Shown here: positions 35,840 through 49,157 of the stretch, piece after piece
Position numbering within the stretch: position 1 is the stretch's first letter
How the letters are laid out: each line of letters opens with the position of its first letter
DNA from: Octopus sinensis
Lineage: Eukaryota
DNA: 64,000 nt
NCBI RefSeq assembly: GCF_006345805.1
Contig: NC_043000.1
Location: forward strand, 11,718,001 to 11,782,000
Direction of reading: 5' to 3'
Program-made: the position numbers and the translations under genes
Notes under the pieces: generated by a model
The model's database searches: none
Seen by the model: only the letters and a program-made list of their open reading frames with translations
Told to the model about the DNA's origin: nothing

Positions 35840-35995
35840 ACACACAAACGATGGATTTCCTCTCAGTTTCCGTCTTCCAAATTCCCTCAAAGGAATTGGT
35901 CGGCTCGGGTCCATAATAGAAGACACTTGCCCAAAGTGTCACGCTGTGGGACTGAACCCGAAACCACCAGGTCGGAAAGAGTGCTATTTAACTAC
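35200..35995 (-). mobile_element. Diverged SINE A whose internal microsatellite hosts an H1 element
   Basis: 3' half at 35200-35420, 5' half at 35850-35995; (TATC)n and H1 between them. Confidence 0.75.
35598..35802 (-). mobile_element. Hammerhead-bearing element family H1, copy 2
   Basis: Homologous to 17760-17968; motif 35698-35732 reads GTTT CCGACAA a GAGC tcc GCTC GAAAC GTT AAAC (core mutated). Confidence 0.75.
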
Positions 35996-36020
35996 ACTTC
36001 ATTACTGTACCAATTAATAA

Positions 36021-36675
36021 TGGTTTCAAATTTCGGCACAGGGCCAGCAATTTCGAAGTGGGATGTGGGTGCAGGGTAAATCAATTACATCGGCTCCAGT
36101 GCTCAACTGGTACTTATTTTATCGACTCCCGAAAGGATGAAAGGCAAAGTCGGCCTCGGCAGAATTTGAATTCGGGCCATAAAGATGGACGAAATACCGC
36201 TAAGCATTTTGACCGGTCTACAAACGATTCTGCCTGTTAGTCGCTTTGACTGGGCCTGTAATAATCCTTTCTACTATGGAATTTGAGGAGAGTGGTTTAG
36301 TCAATTACATCGACTTCCGTGTTCAACGCGTACTTATTTTATCGATCTCCGAAAGGTAAATCAGCTTCGGCAGAATTTGAACTAAAACCGTAAAGATCGA
36401 TGAAATATCGCCAAGAATTTTGTCCGGCGTGCTTAACGATTCTTATTTTTTTATTGCACACATGGGGCTAAACATAGAGGGGACAAACAATGACAGACAA
36501 ATGGATTAAGTCGATTACATCGACCCCCGTGCGAAACTGGTACTTAATCTATCGACCCCGAAAGGATGAAAGGCAAAGTCGACCTCGGCGGAATTTGAAC
36601 TCAGAACGTAACGGCAGACGGAATACGACTACGCATTTCGCCCGGCGTGCTAACGTATCTGCCAACGCGCCGCCT
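36021..36675 (-). mobile_element. Cluster of three SINE C copies (36021-36245, ~36280-36442, 36445-36675)
   Basis: Each has GAAAGG...GGC(A/G)GAATTTGAA. Confidence 0.85.
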
Positions 36676-37459
36676 TTGCGCCTGTAATAGTGATTTGTGA
36701 ATGGATTTGGACATAAGATGAGGTGAAAGTAAAATGAATTTTAAATGAAGTTTAACACTTAATAACGTTTTTAATAACGTATTTTATTAATTTTTTCAAA
36801 TATTCGGTATGATGTTCTTTGTCTTATATTTATTTTCATGACTGTAAATAATTCAGTCTCCCTGTAAAATAGAAAGCTATACATTTACAACACGTGTAGT
36901 AATGTGCGTATCACGGTGTAATACTTATAACGACTTTCTTATTGCAATCTTGTTGTTTAATACCCACCTCCACAGGTGATAGGTTACCTAGGTAACGGAA
37001 ATAGAATATGTTACCTAGGTAATTACTTCTCGTGAATATTCCAAGCATTTAAACGACTTCATTTAATGGGTGCCTTTATCGCTAACTGCTAAAATTGAAA
37101 ATTAATTATTTCATTTAAAAAAAAAATTTCTGCTTGAAAATTTTAATTTTTACGTATTTGTTTATTTTCAATTGTGGGTGTTTTGCCCTTCAGAGGTATA
37201 TCCGAAGGGATTTTTTCCAAGGAGGCGTTTTATGTCAGAAAGTTTACCCCATGCTGAATCAGACGACACTATTTTAGCAGTCTATACTCAGTTGTATCAC
37301 GTCAGTCATTGAGGGGAACCTTTATATTGTAATCTAACATGCTAGAACTAACAGCCAAATCGCCCTCAAATCATATTTTTATGTCTTAAGGGAAGGATAT
37401 ATAAAACAACGTGGTCCTAGATATAGTGTGCCTGAAATTTCAAACAAATGCGTAAATAT

Positions 37460-37843
37460 GCGCAGAAGTGGCTATGTGGTAAGTAGCTTGATTACCAACC
37501 ACATGGTTCTGGGTTCAGTCCCATTGCGTGGCACCTTGGGCAAGTGTCTTCTACTTTAGCCTCGGGTCGACCAAAGCCTTGTGAGTGGATTTGGTAGACG
37601 GAAACTGAAAGAAGCCCGTCGTATATATGTATGTATATATATATGTGTGTGTGTGTTTGTGTCTGTGTTTGTTCCCCCAACATCGCTTGACAACCGATGC
37701 TGGTGTGTTTACGTCCCAGTAACTTAGCGGTTCGTCAAAAGAGACCGATAGAATAAGTACTAGGCTTACAAAGAATAAGTTCTGGGGTCCATTTGCTCGA
37801 CTAAAGGCGGTCCTCCAACATGGCCAAAGTGAAAATGAGTAAA
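37460..37843 (+). mobile_element. SINE family A, near full length
   Basis: Consensus match. Confidence 0.9.
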
Positions 37844-38180
37844 TGACAATAAGTGGAATACTTTCGGAACATGGCGGTTCAGAGAATAAACAATAACAAC
37901 AATAACAGCATTAAAAACAATTTTAAAGAGAAAAGGAAAAAAGAAAGAAAAGACAACAGCAACAACAACTGCTGCTTAATGCTCGTCCGGTGGTTTGCTG
38001 TTGTCCGAAACACTAAAAATGACCAAGTAATGATGTGTACTGGACGCATCAAAGCGACCCAGCAGACATCTCAAATGAATAGAATCTATTTTGAAGAAGG
38101 AGATAAACTGTATGACGAACACGGAAAATTGAGGGAGACTGCACGTTTCCAGATCAACGTCTGATTTTATGGTGTCCACT

Positions 38181-38225
<45 letters not shown>

Positions 38226-38560
38226 TAACTATCAAAACTAGGTAGAATCAATGACCATAATAAAACTAATAATAATATTAATATAATAGGAGTAATAATG
38301 TTAATAATAGGAGTAATGCTAATAGAGAAAATACAGGGAATGAAGACATCATTGATATCTATAACAACAATATACATTCGGATACAAATACTAGCAATAA
38401 TAGTAACAATACCAATAATGTAAGTAATCATGGTAGGACTTTAGAACTAAATGATAGTGTAAAAGGATCGATAAATGATAACACTGCTTTAGATAACAAC
38501 ATTAACTATAATAATAATAATAATAATAACGATAAATATACTCATGATAATCAGAATAAC

Positions 38561-39030
38561 ATGAACATGAGACATCTATCCATAAATAATCCAACACCTG
38601 AAGATGATCCCCCTACGTGTAATTGTAGAATTAGGTCAAAATGCCCGGCACCTGGTCTGTTCGGGGTAAGTAACGTAATCTATAAATGTACCATAACTAC
38701 TGAGAATAGCAAATTTCTTTATTTAGGTTATACTATAAATTTTAGGAAAAGAATTAGCAATCATATCTCCTCTTTTAAGTTACGTCATAAAGCTGGTACC
38801 ACCACACTTTCAAGTAAGATCTGGGAACTCAAAAATAATAATATTAAATATAACCTTAATTGGGAAATAGTTAGAAGAGCAATGCCTTATAAAAATAACA
38901 GGGTTGGTTGCCAACTCTGCTCCATGGAGACGTATGAAATTCTAATGCATAGAAAAAATAGGAATTTGTTAAATAACTATATAGAACTGGGTTAATCTTG
39001 TATTCACGCTAAAATGAAGACTCTAAAATA
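38561..39030 (+). pseudogene. GIY-YIG endonuclease domain of a Penelope-like element
   Basis: TCNCRIRSKCP...NVIYKC...YLGYT.NFRKRISNH..SF...TTLSSKIWELK...WEIV...CQLCSME...LLN...EL G*SCIH; premature stop at 38993-38995 precedes the terminal CxH. Confidence 0.9.
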
Positions 39031-40178
39031 TTTAAATAAAAACCGTATAGAATAATCGTATGGAGATAGATCTATCTTGCTTTTACTAGTAAAACAAAAC
39101 TCTAATATTTTTTTTAATAGATAACTGCGAGCTCTTACACTATGGTTATTTCTTTCTTTCTAAATGCACCTGATTTTGAACATAAAGAAATAAATAGTAT
39201 TTGTACGTTGCCTAAAAAAGTTTAATTGACTATATAGTTAATTTAATTTAATCTAATTTTAATCTGATTTAGGTAACACAACTTAAATCAAATAAGTTAC
39301 TAATACTTCATAATTCTATTATAAAGTTAAATTAAGTAATGCTACTCCCTTAAAAGTAGTATAAGAAATTTCAATATGATAAGCAATTCTCTCACACCTT
39401 GTAAATGACCTCTAGGTATAGACCTACAGTCTGTCATTGTATAAACAGTAACAATAATATAAACAGTAACAATAATAAATAAATTAATTAATTAAATGAC
39501 CTCCTTCTAGTATTGCACTTATTTCTCTTAATGTATTTTCCTCTAATGATAGCCTTTGACCCCTTTACCCCTTCCCTTGTTCTCTTTAGATTCTTATATC
39601 TGCTTTAGCTCCGTCGGATTGGCAATTAGTAGCTGTATACTGGTCAAAAATAATGTTCTTTATAATTCTTAGATTCCTGCAAATTCTAAGCCACACTGTC
39701 TGTCTCCACAGAAAGAGACTTTTCTGTGTAGGTGGGTACCTGCGACCCCTTCCCTCTCAGTTATCCCAGTATGCTCTATGTGGGCGGTTTTTCTTGTTCT
39801 TTTCTTTGCTCCACAAAATTCCTTCAGCCTTTATAATTCTAACATAGCAGTTTTGTGAAATGAACAGAGATGTGACAAGTATCTTATCATATAGCAGGAA
39901 ATTATACCCACCTTATTGTGGATTAATCATGGATAGATTCATCGTCTGTGAGTATGAAATATCTCCTCATATCTCCGGTAATTGGCACCTACATTATGGA
40001 TTGATTCACCTTCTCTGTGAAGCTAACAAGCTTTTTTAAAACCTGTTATAAGACTGTGCATCATCATTAGAGAACTTTGGAAGTCTGCTTACAACCTAAA
40101 TTTGCTTTTTATAGAACTATCTCCGATACTTCATGAGTGTAGCCTCACCCACTAGGATGCTTGGAGAACTCATATGTG

Positions 40179-40270
40179 TTTTGGCTGATGAGTACGGGAC
40201 ACTTGTATTTGCTGCAATATTTGCAGCTTTTAATAAAGCTTGTCTTTGTATGAAACAATTGTACTGAAAA
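40179..40270 (+). ncRNA. Type I hammerhead ribozyme, intact core, branched stem II
   Basis: TTTTGG CTGATGA GTACGGGACA...TGTCTTTGTAT GAAAC AATT GTA|CTGAAA; predicted cleavage after 40263; palindromic ACAATTGT stem III. Confidence 0.85.
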
Positions 40271-40337
40271 ACTAATCCATTCTTGTTGCTTTTTTCTCGT
40301 ATATATATATATATATATATATGTTCACATATATATG

Positions 40338-40378
<41 letters not shown>

Positions 40379-40411
40379 TATACTATGTACATATATATAT
40401 ATATATATATA

Positions 40412-41212
40412 CTAGCAGCATAGCCCGGCATTTCCCGGGTATGTAAGAGCCCCTAGTAGGCAACAACTAATCCCAATCTAGTCCTTTCCTTCTAGGGAAC
40501 GAAGGTGCATGTGTAGGTTGCAATGTCTTCTCTTCACTCCCAAATAACTATCAAACAGCTATCGATAATTCAACCCAACCAATTCCTACCAGGAAGAAAT
40601 TACATTCGAGACTTTACCCCGAACACCGCCACTTCTGCTAATAGCTGCTGCAGCCGCAAGTTATTCGAATACTTTTTTTGTTTACACTTTCTTTATAACT
40701 ACCACCCCAAACGTTTTACCTTAAATTTTTGACGTACCCTAAGGGTCCTCGGACGCTACTTGCAAACTGTTGGTTTATTATAAACCGCTTTTGTCGTGTG
40801 CACCAAAAAAACCTTTTCCATTCGTTTGTTGAGTTTGGTCACTTTTGACTTTTTCGTTGTTGTCACTCACATTGCTGCCCGCTTTTTTGCCGTTTTTGTA
40901 CATTTTTATACATTTTGGGATACTTACCCCACGTGTTCCGAGAGTTAATAAGGTCGAGTTGCGTCCCCTAGACAGTCTGTAGAAAATGTGTTGCATATAA
41001 AAAGCTTAGATTCTCGACCTCATGTCGAATTTATCGATTTGTTTTCAGAACTGGGGGAACTTTTCAAAATGTTTGCTGCGTTAGTTTTGAATTATGACAT
41101 TGGGCTATGTGTGTGTCAAGTTTCATCAGAATCGGTTGAAAGCCGTGGTCAGGGTGAGGGTACAACCTGACAGACACACAGACAGACAAACTGCCGTTTA
41201 TATATAGAGAGA
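40412..41212 (-). mobile_element. Non-autonomous Helitron (5' type Y, 3' type Q)
   Basis: Minus strand A|TCTCTCTATATATAAACGGCAG start; CCCGGGAAATGCCGGG hairpin plus CTAG|T end. Confidence 0.88.
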
Positions 41213-41260
41213 TATACACATGTATATATACATACATGCATATATATATATACATACATA

Positions 41261-41328
<68 letters not shown>

Positions 41329-41427
41329 ATACATACATGCATATATATACATACATACATATATACATACATACATATGTATGTATGTATATATATATAT
41401 ATATATATATATAGGGGGGAGAGTTCA

Positions 41428-41597
41428 CGAAGAAAACAAAAGACGAAGACAGGTGGTGTACAAAACAAACAGATGTACTAGTATAACGCTCAGGAATTGA
41501 AAAAATCTTTTACGTTTCGAGCCTACGCTCTTCTATAGATAGGGAAACAGAAAAATCAAGGAGAGAAAAATGTGTGTAGTGGCTACCGATCTATCAT
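41428..41597 (-). mobile_element. Hammerhead-bearing element family H2, copy 1, in (TA)n
   Basis: Homologous to 53245-53425; minus strand CTATAGA a GAGC gtag GCTC GAAAC GTA AAAGA (41506-41538), core degenerate. Confidence 0.65.
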
Positions 41598-41670
41598 ATA
41601 TATATATATAAATTAGTAATGTAATACTAGAGTATCGCCTTCCAGTAAAGAATAGCCCGTGAGGGAAAAA

Positions 41671-41763
41671 TACACAAAGTAGTAAATATATGGCAAAACT
41701 AAGTACCGATATTTACTGGAAATATCGGTACTTAGTTGTGCCATATATTTACTACTTTGTATA
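41671..41763. repeat. Near-perfect hairpin, ~43-bp arms, 5-nt loop
   Basis: ACAAAGTAGTAAATATATGGCAaAACTAAGTACCGATATTT-actgg-AAATATCGGTACTTAGTTgTGCCATATATTTACTACTTTGT. Confidence 0.92.
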
Positions 41764-41859
41764 TATATATATATATATATATGCATGTATGGATGTATTT
41801 TCTAGTATCTCGGAAGGGTAATTTTGCCAGCAAAAGTTGTACGCCTATTTCTATATTAT

Positions 41860-42145
41860 CATTAGTCACCGAGTTAACTAATTAGTCAATTAACTAATCC
41901 ATTTCTGACTAATCGCTTGATTATCAGTCAATCAATCCATCGGGTTGTCAGGGTCCTTTTGTTTCGATTCGTGACCTCATCAATGACATTGCCCCAAGTC
42001 TATCATGATGTTTCGATACATTGTGGCAGACCTGCAGCAAAGAGGCACGAAATTTATTAGTGCGTGGATGGCGGCGATTAAAGGTCTGTGGCAAACCTAA
42101 GCAATCGATTAGTTAATTGGTTGATTAGCAAACTAGTTGACTAAT
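41860..42145. repeat. Imperfect ~45-bp inverted repeats (old MITE?)
   Basis: CATTAGTCA...AATTAACTAATC (41860-41903) vs GATTAGTTAATT...TGACTAATG (42102-42145). Confidence 0.5.
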
Positions 42146-42265
42146 GGTAATAAAAATAAGCGAAATACAACCAGTGTTGGCAAAAACTATTCCCATGATA
42201 CAATATCTGTTTCAATATACGATTTCACATCAAGAATCTGGCAAAATAAATGCAAAAATTACACG

Positions 42266-42301
<36 letters not shown>

Positions 42302-44269
42302 ACACACACACCACACACACACACACAACACAAACACAAACACACACACACACACTGATTGTAGGCCACTGGTGTGGAATTGCAATTAAGCGAAATAAGA
42401 TATGTCCCCAGAACTGTTAGACTGAGTGGAATATTATTTATCCAAAGCTAAATATGTGTGAATAGTTTACACGAGGTTTGTCGTATCCGATTCCCAGGTG
42501 ACTGATATTATGATTACTGAAACTTGTTTATATACACATTGAAAGGTGTTACTTTACATCGTCGTCGGCGTTAACTCGCATCCTAATGGTAGATATGTAG
42601 TCTGTGATTGGGTCTCTTCATTACATACATACACAAGCACACTAATGTAGTAGAAACAGAAAATGATGGAATTTATTCCTATTTCTTTCAGTAATTCTTA
42701 ACTTTTGTGCTTTAAATTTTGCTCTGTTTTCATCCTGTGTTTTATTTTGCCTTAGTTCGGTTATTCTTATTCTTGTTGCCTCCAATTGCCTTCATTATTC
42801 TCAGACTCATGTACTTCATTATTTCTTCCCTTGTTTCATTTTTATCATTCATTTAAAATCTGTTTCCATTTCTTCTCTGCATCTTCTAACGCCCCTCATA
42901 TACTTCAATATTATATACGAATTTCTCTCTATTTCTTGTACTTTCTATCTCTATCGCTTTCTCACGTTCTATTTTTGTTATGCTTTTAGATTAATATCCG
43001 TTTCTATTTTCCATATTTATCTGTCTTCTTTCCACTTCTCTTTTAATCGCGTTATCTCTTCCTCTCTCATTCTTTTTCCATTCCTTCTTATAATTTTGTC
43101 TACTCGCATGACTGCCTATCTCAGCTGTTGACTGCTGGTTATTTCTCCTTTTCTATCCAACGCATCCACTCAACCTCACATATAACAATTCATCTACCTT
43201 GTTTAACTACGTTTATAATACCTTTTTCTCTCTTTCACCACTCTCAGCACAGCCACTGATTTCTCCTTCCAATTGGAAAGATAGAGGGAACGCAAGCAAA
43301 GAAAAGAAATACTCAAAAACTTGACTTAGCGTGTGGCAAAAATGGTTGAGTTGTCCATTATGGTTCTGGTCTAGTAAGCATCAAGGTAGAACAGTAAAAT
43401 CAACAGAAACAGTTTTCCAAAAAGGAAAACAAGGAATAAATTCACAGAGCTTCCAAAACACGTTCAGTTTCAGGGATAAATAATAACAACTGCAATTATA
43501 ATTCTTTCTAAATTTGGCACAAGGCCAACAATTTTGAGAAGGGCAAGTCGTTTACATCGACAGCAGTACATTTCTGGTATTTCATTTTATCGACCTCGAA
43601 AGGATGAAGGGTAAAGTTGATTTCGATAGGATTTGAATTCAAAGGGAATGCATACAATGAGCTTCTCTGCCCTAGGTGTAGGGAAAACACTCGACGGGAA
43701 ATGGGATAAAATTTGAAGAAAGAAGGAAAAAAAACAATAATAATAATAATGATGATGATGATGATATTTTTTACTGGCCACAAGGCTGAACACAAAACAA
43801 ATAGGGACAATACAACCCAAGGGACAAATGGGGGTTAGCACAATACCGTATATAAAACAATAATAACAACAGTAAAATTAAACCATAAAAATTCCCCAAA
43901 AGCAGGGAGTTCCTCTTAGGGATAACCGAGGAAGAAGGACTCGACCTTTTCTATCATAAGCACAAGACTTGAAAATTGCAGGGAAGAGTACTTATTTCAT
44001 GGACCCTAAAAGGATGAAAGGCAAAGTCGACCTCTGTGTTGTCGCAGGGACATCAGATGAGAGGTCAGTTTAAATGGACAGTTTACAATTTGTGTGAGGG
44101 GGGGAGTTTACATAAAAAGGGGAAGAAAAGAAAGGAAGAGGAGAGAGAAATGAGAAAAACTGTACACAGCGATAAGGCGATACCGCCTCTGCTGGAGCAC
44201 GTTCGATCAGGACTGAGCTGAGCATGAGGGGGGGGGGGCTAAACAAAAACAAAAATCACTGTAACATCA

Positions 44270-44668
44270 CCACTTATAACAACTACTACAACAACAACAA
44301 CAACAACAACAACAGCAACAACAGTAATAATACCATCAACAATAACAGTAACAGCAGTAGTGGGCCCACACAAATAAAATACCAATAACAATATTTCTCA
44401 CAGTAAGATGACTATTTGGTGAATTAGTACAGTCTGAGTCAGTCTCAGAACTAGGTGGCGCTATGTTAAATAGGGTTGGGATGGAGAACTACTAGATTTG
44501 TAGGGCAAAGTAGTAGTCCCAGTAAGCGTAGTAATAGTAGTCGTAGTGGTGATGGTGGTGATGGTGGTGGTGGTGTTGGTGGTGGTGGTAGTAATGGTGA
44601 CAATACTAGCAGAGGTGGAAGTGGTGGTGATTGTGGTGACAGTAGTAGTGGTGGTGGTAGTAGTAGTA

Positions 44669-44699
<31 letters not shown>

Positions 44700-44722
44700 C
44701 GTTGTTCTTGTTGTTCTTGTTT
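44270..44722. repeat. Trinucleotide microsatellite cluster (AAC, GGT, AGT)
   Basis: Direct reading. Confidence 0.85.
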
Positions 44723-45016
44723 GACCCCAGGCCAACCATTGTTGAGCAGACCTACGATATGATCAAAGGCATTCCAGTCATGAGCATTCATATGTCTTAG
44801 CGCTACATTATCTAATTAGTCCTTCCTTTTTCTCAAAACGGAGGTTTGATTTTTAGGCAGATTTGGCTGGTATTTCTTGCGTATCAAACAAACATAAAGA
44901 AGCTCCCTAAATGGCTTGGGTAGCTTCAAATACAAAAATAATAATAAAGACAGACATACAGAGAGGAACAGAGAGAGAGACAGACAGACAGATAGAGAGA
45001 ATGTTATTTGAAGATA

Positions 45017-45401
45017 TCTCTCTCTATATAAACGGCAGTTTGTCTGTCTGCGTGTCTGTGTGTCTGTTAGGTTGTACCCTCACCCTGACCATGGCTTTCA
45101 ACCGATTCTGATGAAACTTGACACACACATAGCCCAATGTCATAATTCAAAACTAACGCAGCGAAAATTTTGAAAAGTTCCCCTAGTTCTGAAAAAAATC
45201 GATAAATTCGACATGGGGTCGAGAATCAGGAACACAAACCACAAACTGTGTAGGGAACGCAACTCCACCTTTTTTAACTATCAAAAAAAAATTTACCATC
45301 ATTTTTTTCCATTTTTTTGCTATTCTTTGGCTATAACTCTCTAAAAATGCTTTATAGTTATTTCCCTTACAAACCTGAGCAACGCCGGGCGATACTGCTA
45401 G
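45017..45401 (+). mobile_element. Non-autonomous Helitron (5' type Y, 3' type P)
   Basis: A|TC start shared with 40412-41212; 3' ~120 nt, hairpin and CTAG|T shared with 4918-5313. Confidence 0.9.
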
Positions 45402-46271
45402 TATATATATATATATATATTCCAAAAATTTAACAAAAGCACAACAAACGGAAAATTTTACAAAAACAAACAAAAAATTCGTAGCTAATTCCTCATCAGT
45501 CAACGTCCAAGATCATTACAATTTCGCGCCTTTATTACACACACACACACACACACATACGGCGGGCTTTCGTACAGTTTTGTCCATCAAATTCGCTCAT
45601 AAGACATTGATTGGCTCAAGGTTATAATAGAAGACATTTGCCCAAGTTACCGCACAGTAGGGCTGAACCTAAGAAATCTCGTGGCTGCAAAGCGCAAGCT
45701 TCTGAGCCACATACCAAGACATACGCCTAGTTCTAATATATTTTTTTCTCTCATAATTCTTTGTAATATTCACCCCTTTATTAATAAAAAGACAAAACAG
45801 TATTTGCATCTACGTAATATTTCTTTGTCTGTTATGCACCTCTTCTAGCGGGAGCACGGCCATAACGTAACGTGGGCTACATCCCAAGGATTGGACCTCC
45901 TCTTTTGAACTACGAGGTACTTCAACGTCCCCCCACCCCACCCCAACAATTACTGATACACTTCAGAGTTCAGGTGAGACCCACAATGTGACAGTGCTGT
46001 TGCTGCACACATGGATATCCGAGACTGCATGCAGAAATAGGCCAACCGATAAACTGACATGGAGTTACTCATTAAAACACTTCAACCAATGGCCCTCAGT
46101 CATGCTGTCTCTCTCTCTGCCTCTGTCTGTCTATTTGTCTGTCTCTTTCTCTCTCTCCCTCACACTCTTACCCACTCAATCACTCATTCTCTCTCTCTCT
46201 CTCTTTTTCTCTCTCTTTCTTCGTCTTTTCTATCACAAGTAAATAGCCTCTACTTGAAGCTGGCTGGCCTT

Positions 46272-46874
46272 ATACCTATTTCTTTACTACCCACAAGGGG
46301 CTAAACACAGAGGGGACAAACAAGGACAGACAAACGGATTAAGTCGATTATATTGACCCCAGTGCGTAACTGGTACTTAATTTATCGACCCGGAAAGGAT
46401 GAAAGGCAAAGTCGACCTCGGCGGAATTTGAACTCAGAACGTAGCGATGGGCGAAATACCTATTTTTTACTACCCACAAGGGGCTAAACACAGAGAGGAC
46501 AAACAAGGACAGACAAACGGATTAAGTCGATTACATCGACACCAGTGCGTAACTGGTACTTAATTTATTGACCCGGAAAGGATGAAAGGCAAAGTCGACC
46601 TCGGCGGAATTTGAACTCAGAACGTAGCGATGGGCGAAATACCTATTTCTTTACTACCCACAAGGGGCTAAACACAGAGAGGACAAACAAGGACAGACAA
46701 ACGGATTAAGTCGATTACATGGACCCCAGTGCGTAACTGGTACTTAATTTATCGACCCGGAAAGGATGAAAAGCAAAGTCGACCTCGGCGGAATTTGAAC
46801 TCAGAACGTAGCGGCAGTCGAAATACCGCTAAGCATTTCGCCCAGCATGCTAACGTTTCTGCTAGCTCGCCGCC
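46272..46874 (-). mobile_element. SINE C trimer: one headed unit plus two head-less tandem units (~183-bp period)
   Basis: CCTATTT...TACTACCCACAAGGGG at ~46275, 46459 and 46642; head only at 46820-46874. Confidence 0.93.
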
Positions 46875-47227
46875 TTGTCTGAGCTTATACCGCTTCCACT
46901 CAAACACTCCTATTCCACGTACCCTTCTTCTCTTCACCTTTGTCGTGTCCAGCCCAATCTAGGCCCCGTACCAATCACTACACAATGTTTCTTTCCCCAA
47001 ACGCTGGCTCTCAGGAGATCCCCCCCTAGTTCATATGCTCCTTGCAAGTATTGGCTCACAAAGGTTCAAGAAAAAATATTAATGGCACCAATCGCACTGG
47101 TCTAAGAGTGCTTGCAAAGACCATGGGCTTCTGCCCTTGCACCAGATCCAGAAAATAAAGCGAAAATGATTTAGGACTAGTTTAACAAGTTCTAAACCGT
47201 TTTGATATTATTAACCATAGATAATAT

Positions 47228-47606
47228 GGCAAGTTGGCGGAATCGTTAGCAAGCCAGGCAAAATGCTTAGCGGTTTTTCCACCGTCTTTATGTTCTGAGT
47301 TCAAATTCCGCCGAGGTCGACTTTGCCTTTCATCCTTTCAGGGTCGATTAAATAAGTACCAGTTACGCACTGGAGTCGATATAATCGACTTAATCCGTTT
47401 GTCTGTCCTTGTTTGTCTCCTTTGTGGGTAGTAAAGGAATAGGTATTTCGTCTGCCGCTACGTTCTGAGTTAAAATTCCGCTGAGGTCCACTTTGCCTTT
47501 CATCTTTTCGGGGTCGACATAATAAGTACCAGTTGAACTCTAGTGTCAATGTAATCGACTTATCCCTTCCCTTGAAATTGATGGCCTTGTGCCAAAATTT
47601 GAAATC
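47228..47606 (+). mobile_element. SINE C dimer (C1 unit plus head-less C2 unit)
   Basis: Junction GGAATAG|GTATTTCGTCTGCC at ~47442. Confidence 0.88.
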
Positions 47607-47879
47607 AATATTATTAACCATTGCAATTTGTCTGCCCAATTTTTCAATATTCACTTTTGAAAAATCTCTATACAAAAACTAATCAGCAAGTATTTTACTT
47701 TATCGACACCTCAAGAGATGTAAAACTAGTGGTACCCACAGTAGGATTTGAACTCACAACGTACAGCAGTCGTCTTCAAACTGATAAAAAAAAAGTGAAC
47801 ATTTTTTTGTCCCATCTCTCTTATTAATCCTTTCTGCTTTCAGCACAAAGCCAACAATTTTGAGAGAATGGTAATTTAT

Positions 47880-48298
47880 CTGTTTCTTTATTACCCACAA
47901 GGGGCTAAACATAGAGGGAACAAACAAGGACAGAAAAACGGATTAAGTCGATTATATCGACCCCAGTGCGTAACTGATACTTAATTTATCGACCCCGAAA
48001 GGATGAAAGGCAAAGTCAACCTCGGTGGAATTAGAACTTAGAACGTAGCGGCAGACGAAATACTGCTAAGCATTTCACCCGGCGTGCTAACGTCTTTTAT
48101 TTCTTTACTACCCACAAGGGGCTAAACATAGAGGGGACAAACAAGGATAGACAAACGGATTAAGTCGATTACATAGACCCCAGTGCGTAACTGGTACTTA
48201 ATTTATCGACCTCGGCGGAATTTGAACTCAGAACGCAGTGGCGGACGAAATACCACAAAGCATTTCGCCCGGCGTGCTAACGTTTCTGCCAGCTTGCC
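47880..48298 (-). mobile_element. Two adjacent SINE C copies
   Basis: 47880-48092 and 48097-48298; older fragments follow to ~48790. Confidence 0.88.
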
Positions 48299-48852
48299 TC
48301 CTGAGAATGATGATTTATCGATACCATCAGATCCAGCACTTATTTATTTTATCGGGCCTCTAGGCTCACACAGCGTTTCGTTGGCTTGATGACGATGATG
48401 TTGTTGGTTTATCGAGCCTCAAGGTTATGTTTGTTACTGCGGGATTTGGCTCCCCTCCTGATAATTCGTTCTAAAATAGGCACAAGGAAAAAATTTTCAG
48501 AAGGGGCTGGTCGATTGCGTCTACCCTAGTATTTGATCAGTGCTTTATTCTAATCGACCCCTCAAGAATGAATGGCAAAGTTGACCTCGTCGGAATTTGA
48601 GCTCAAAACGTAAAGAGCCGGAACTCCTTTCCTAAAAGTTTCAAATGTTGGCAAAAGACCAATAACCTTGAGGGAGGGGGCAGTTGACTACTTCGACCTC
48701 ACTGTTCAATTGGTATCTATTTTATCGACAGCGAAAGGATAAAAGGCAAAGTTGACCCCGTCGGGATTTTAGCTCAAACCGTAAAGAGCTTGAACTACCC
48801 TCCAGATAAGATAGCATCAATATTTCTCTTTCTTTGCCATGTAGTTGGACAT

Positions 48853-49150
48853 ACTTTACTTGTTTCAGTCATTTGACTGTGGCCATGCTGGGGCACCGCC
48901 TTTAGTCGAGCAAATCGACCCCAGGACTTATTCTTTGTAAGCCTAGTACTTATTCTATCGTTCTCTTTTGCTGAACCGCTAAGTTACGGGAACGTAAACA
49001 CACCAGCATCGGTTGTCAAGAGACGTTGGGGGAACAAACACAGACACACAAACATATACACACACACATACATACATATGTATATATACATATATACGAC
49101 AGGCTTCTTTCAGTTTCCATCTACCAAATCCACTCACAAGGCTTTGGTCG
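48853..49150 (-). mobile_element. SINE family A, head missing
   Basis: Consensus match; abuts a head-out SINE C. Confidence 0.9.
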
Positions 49151-49157
49151 GTGTTAA

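Larger units (their letters stand above)
38222..40300 (+). mobile_element. 5'-truncated Penelope-like retroelement (Naiad-type) bounded by (TA)n
   Basis: Asn-rich linker, GIY-YIG domain, ~1.2-kb AT-rich 3' region, hammerhead at 40179-40270, TA tracts at both ends. Confidence 0.75.

Noticed and set aside
45108-45120. CTGATGAAAC resembling a hammerhead core
   Set aside because: No stem II between the motifs; part of the Helitron Y 5' region.
46272-46874. Regularly spaced repeats suggestive of a CRISPR array
   Set aside because: Whole ~183-bp units repeat with no unique spacers; SINE-derived; eukaryotic context with no cas genes.
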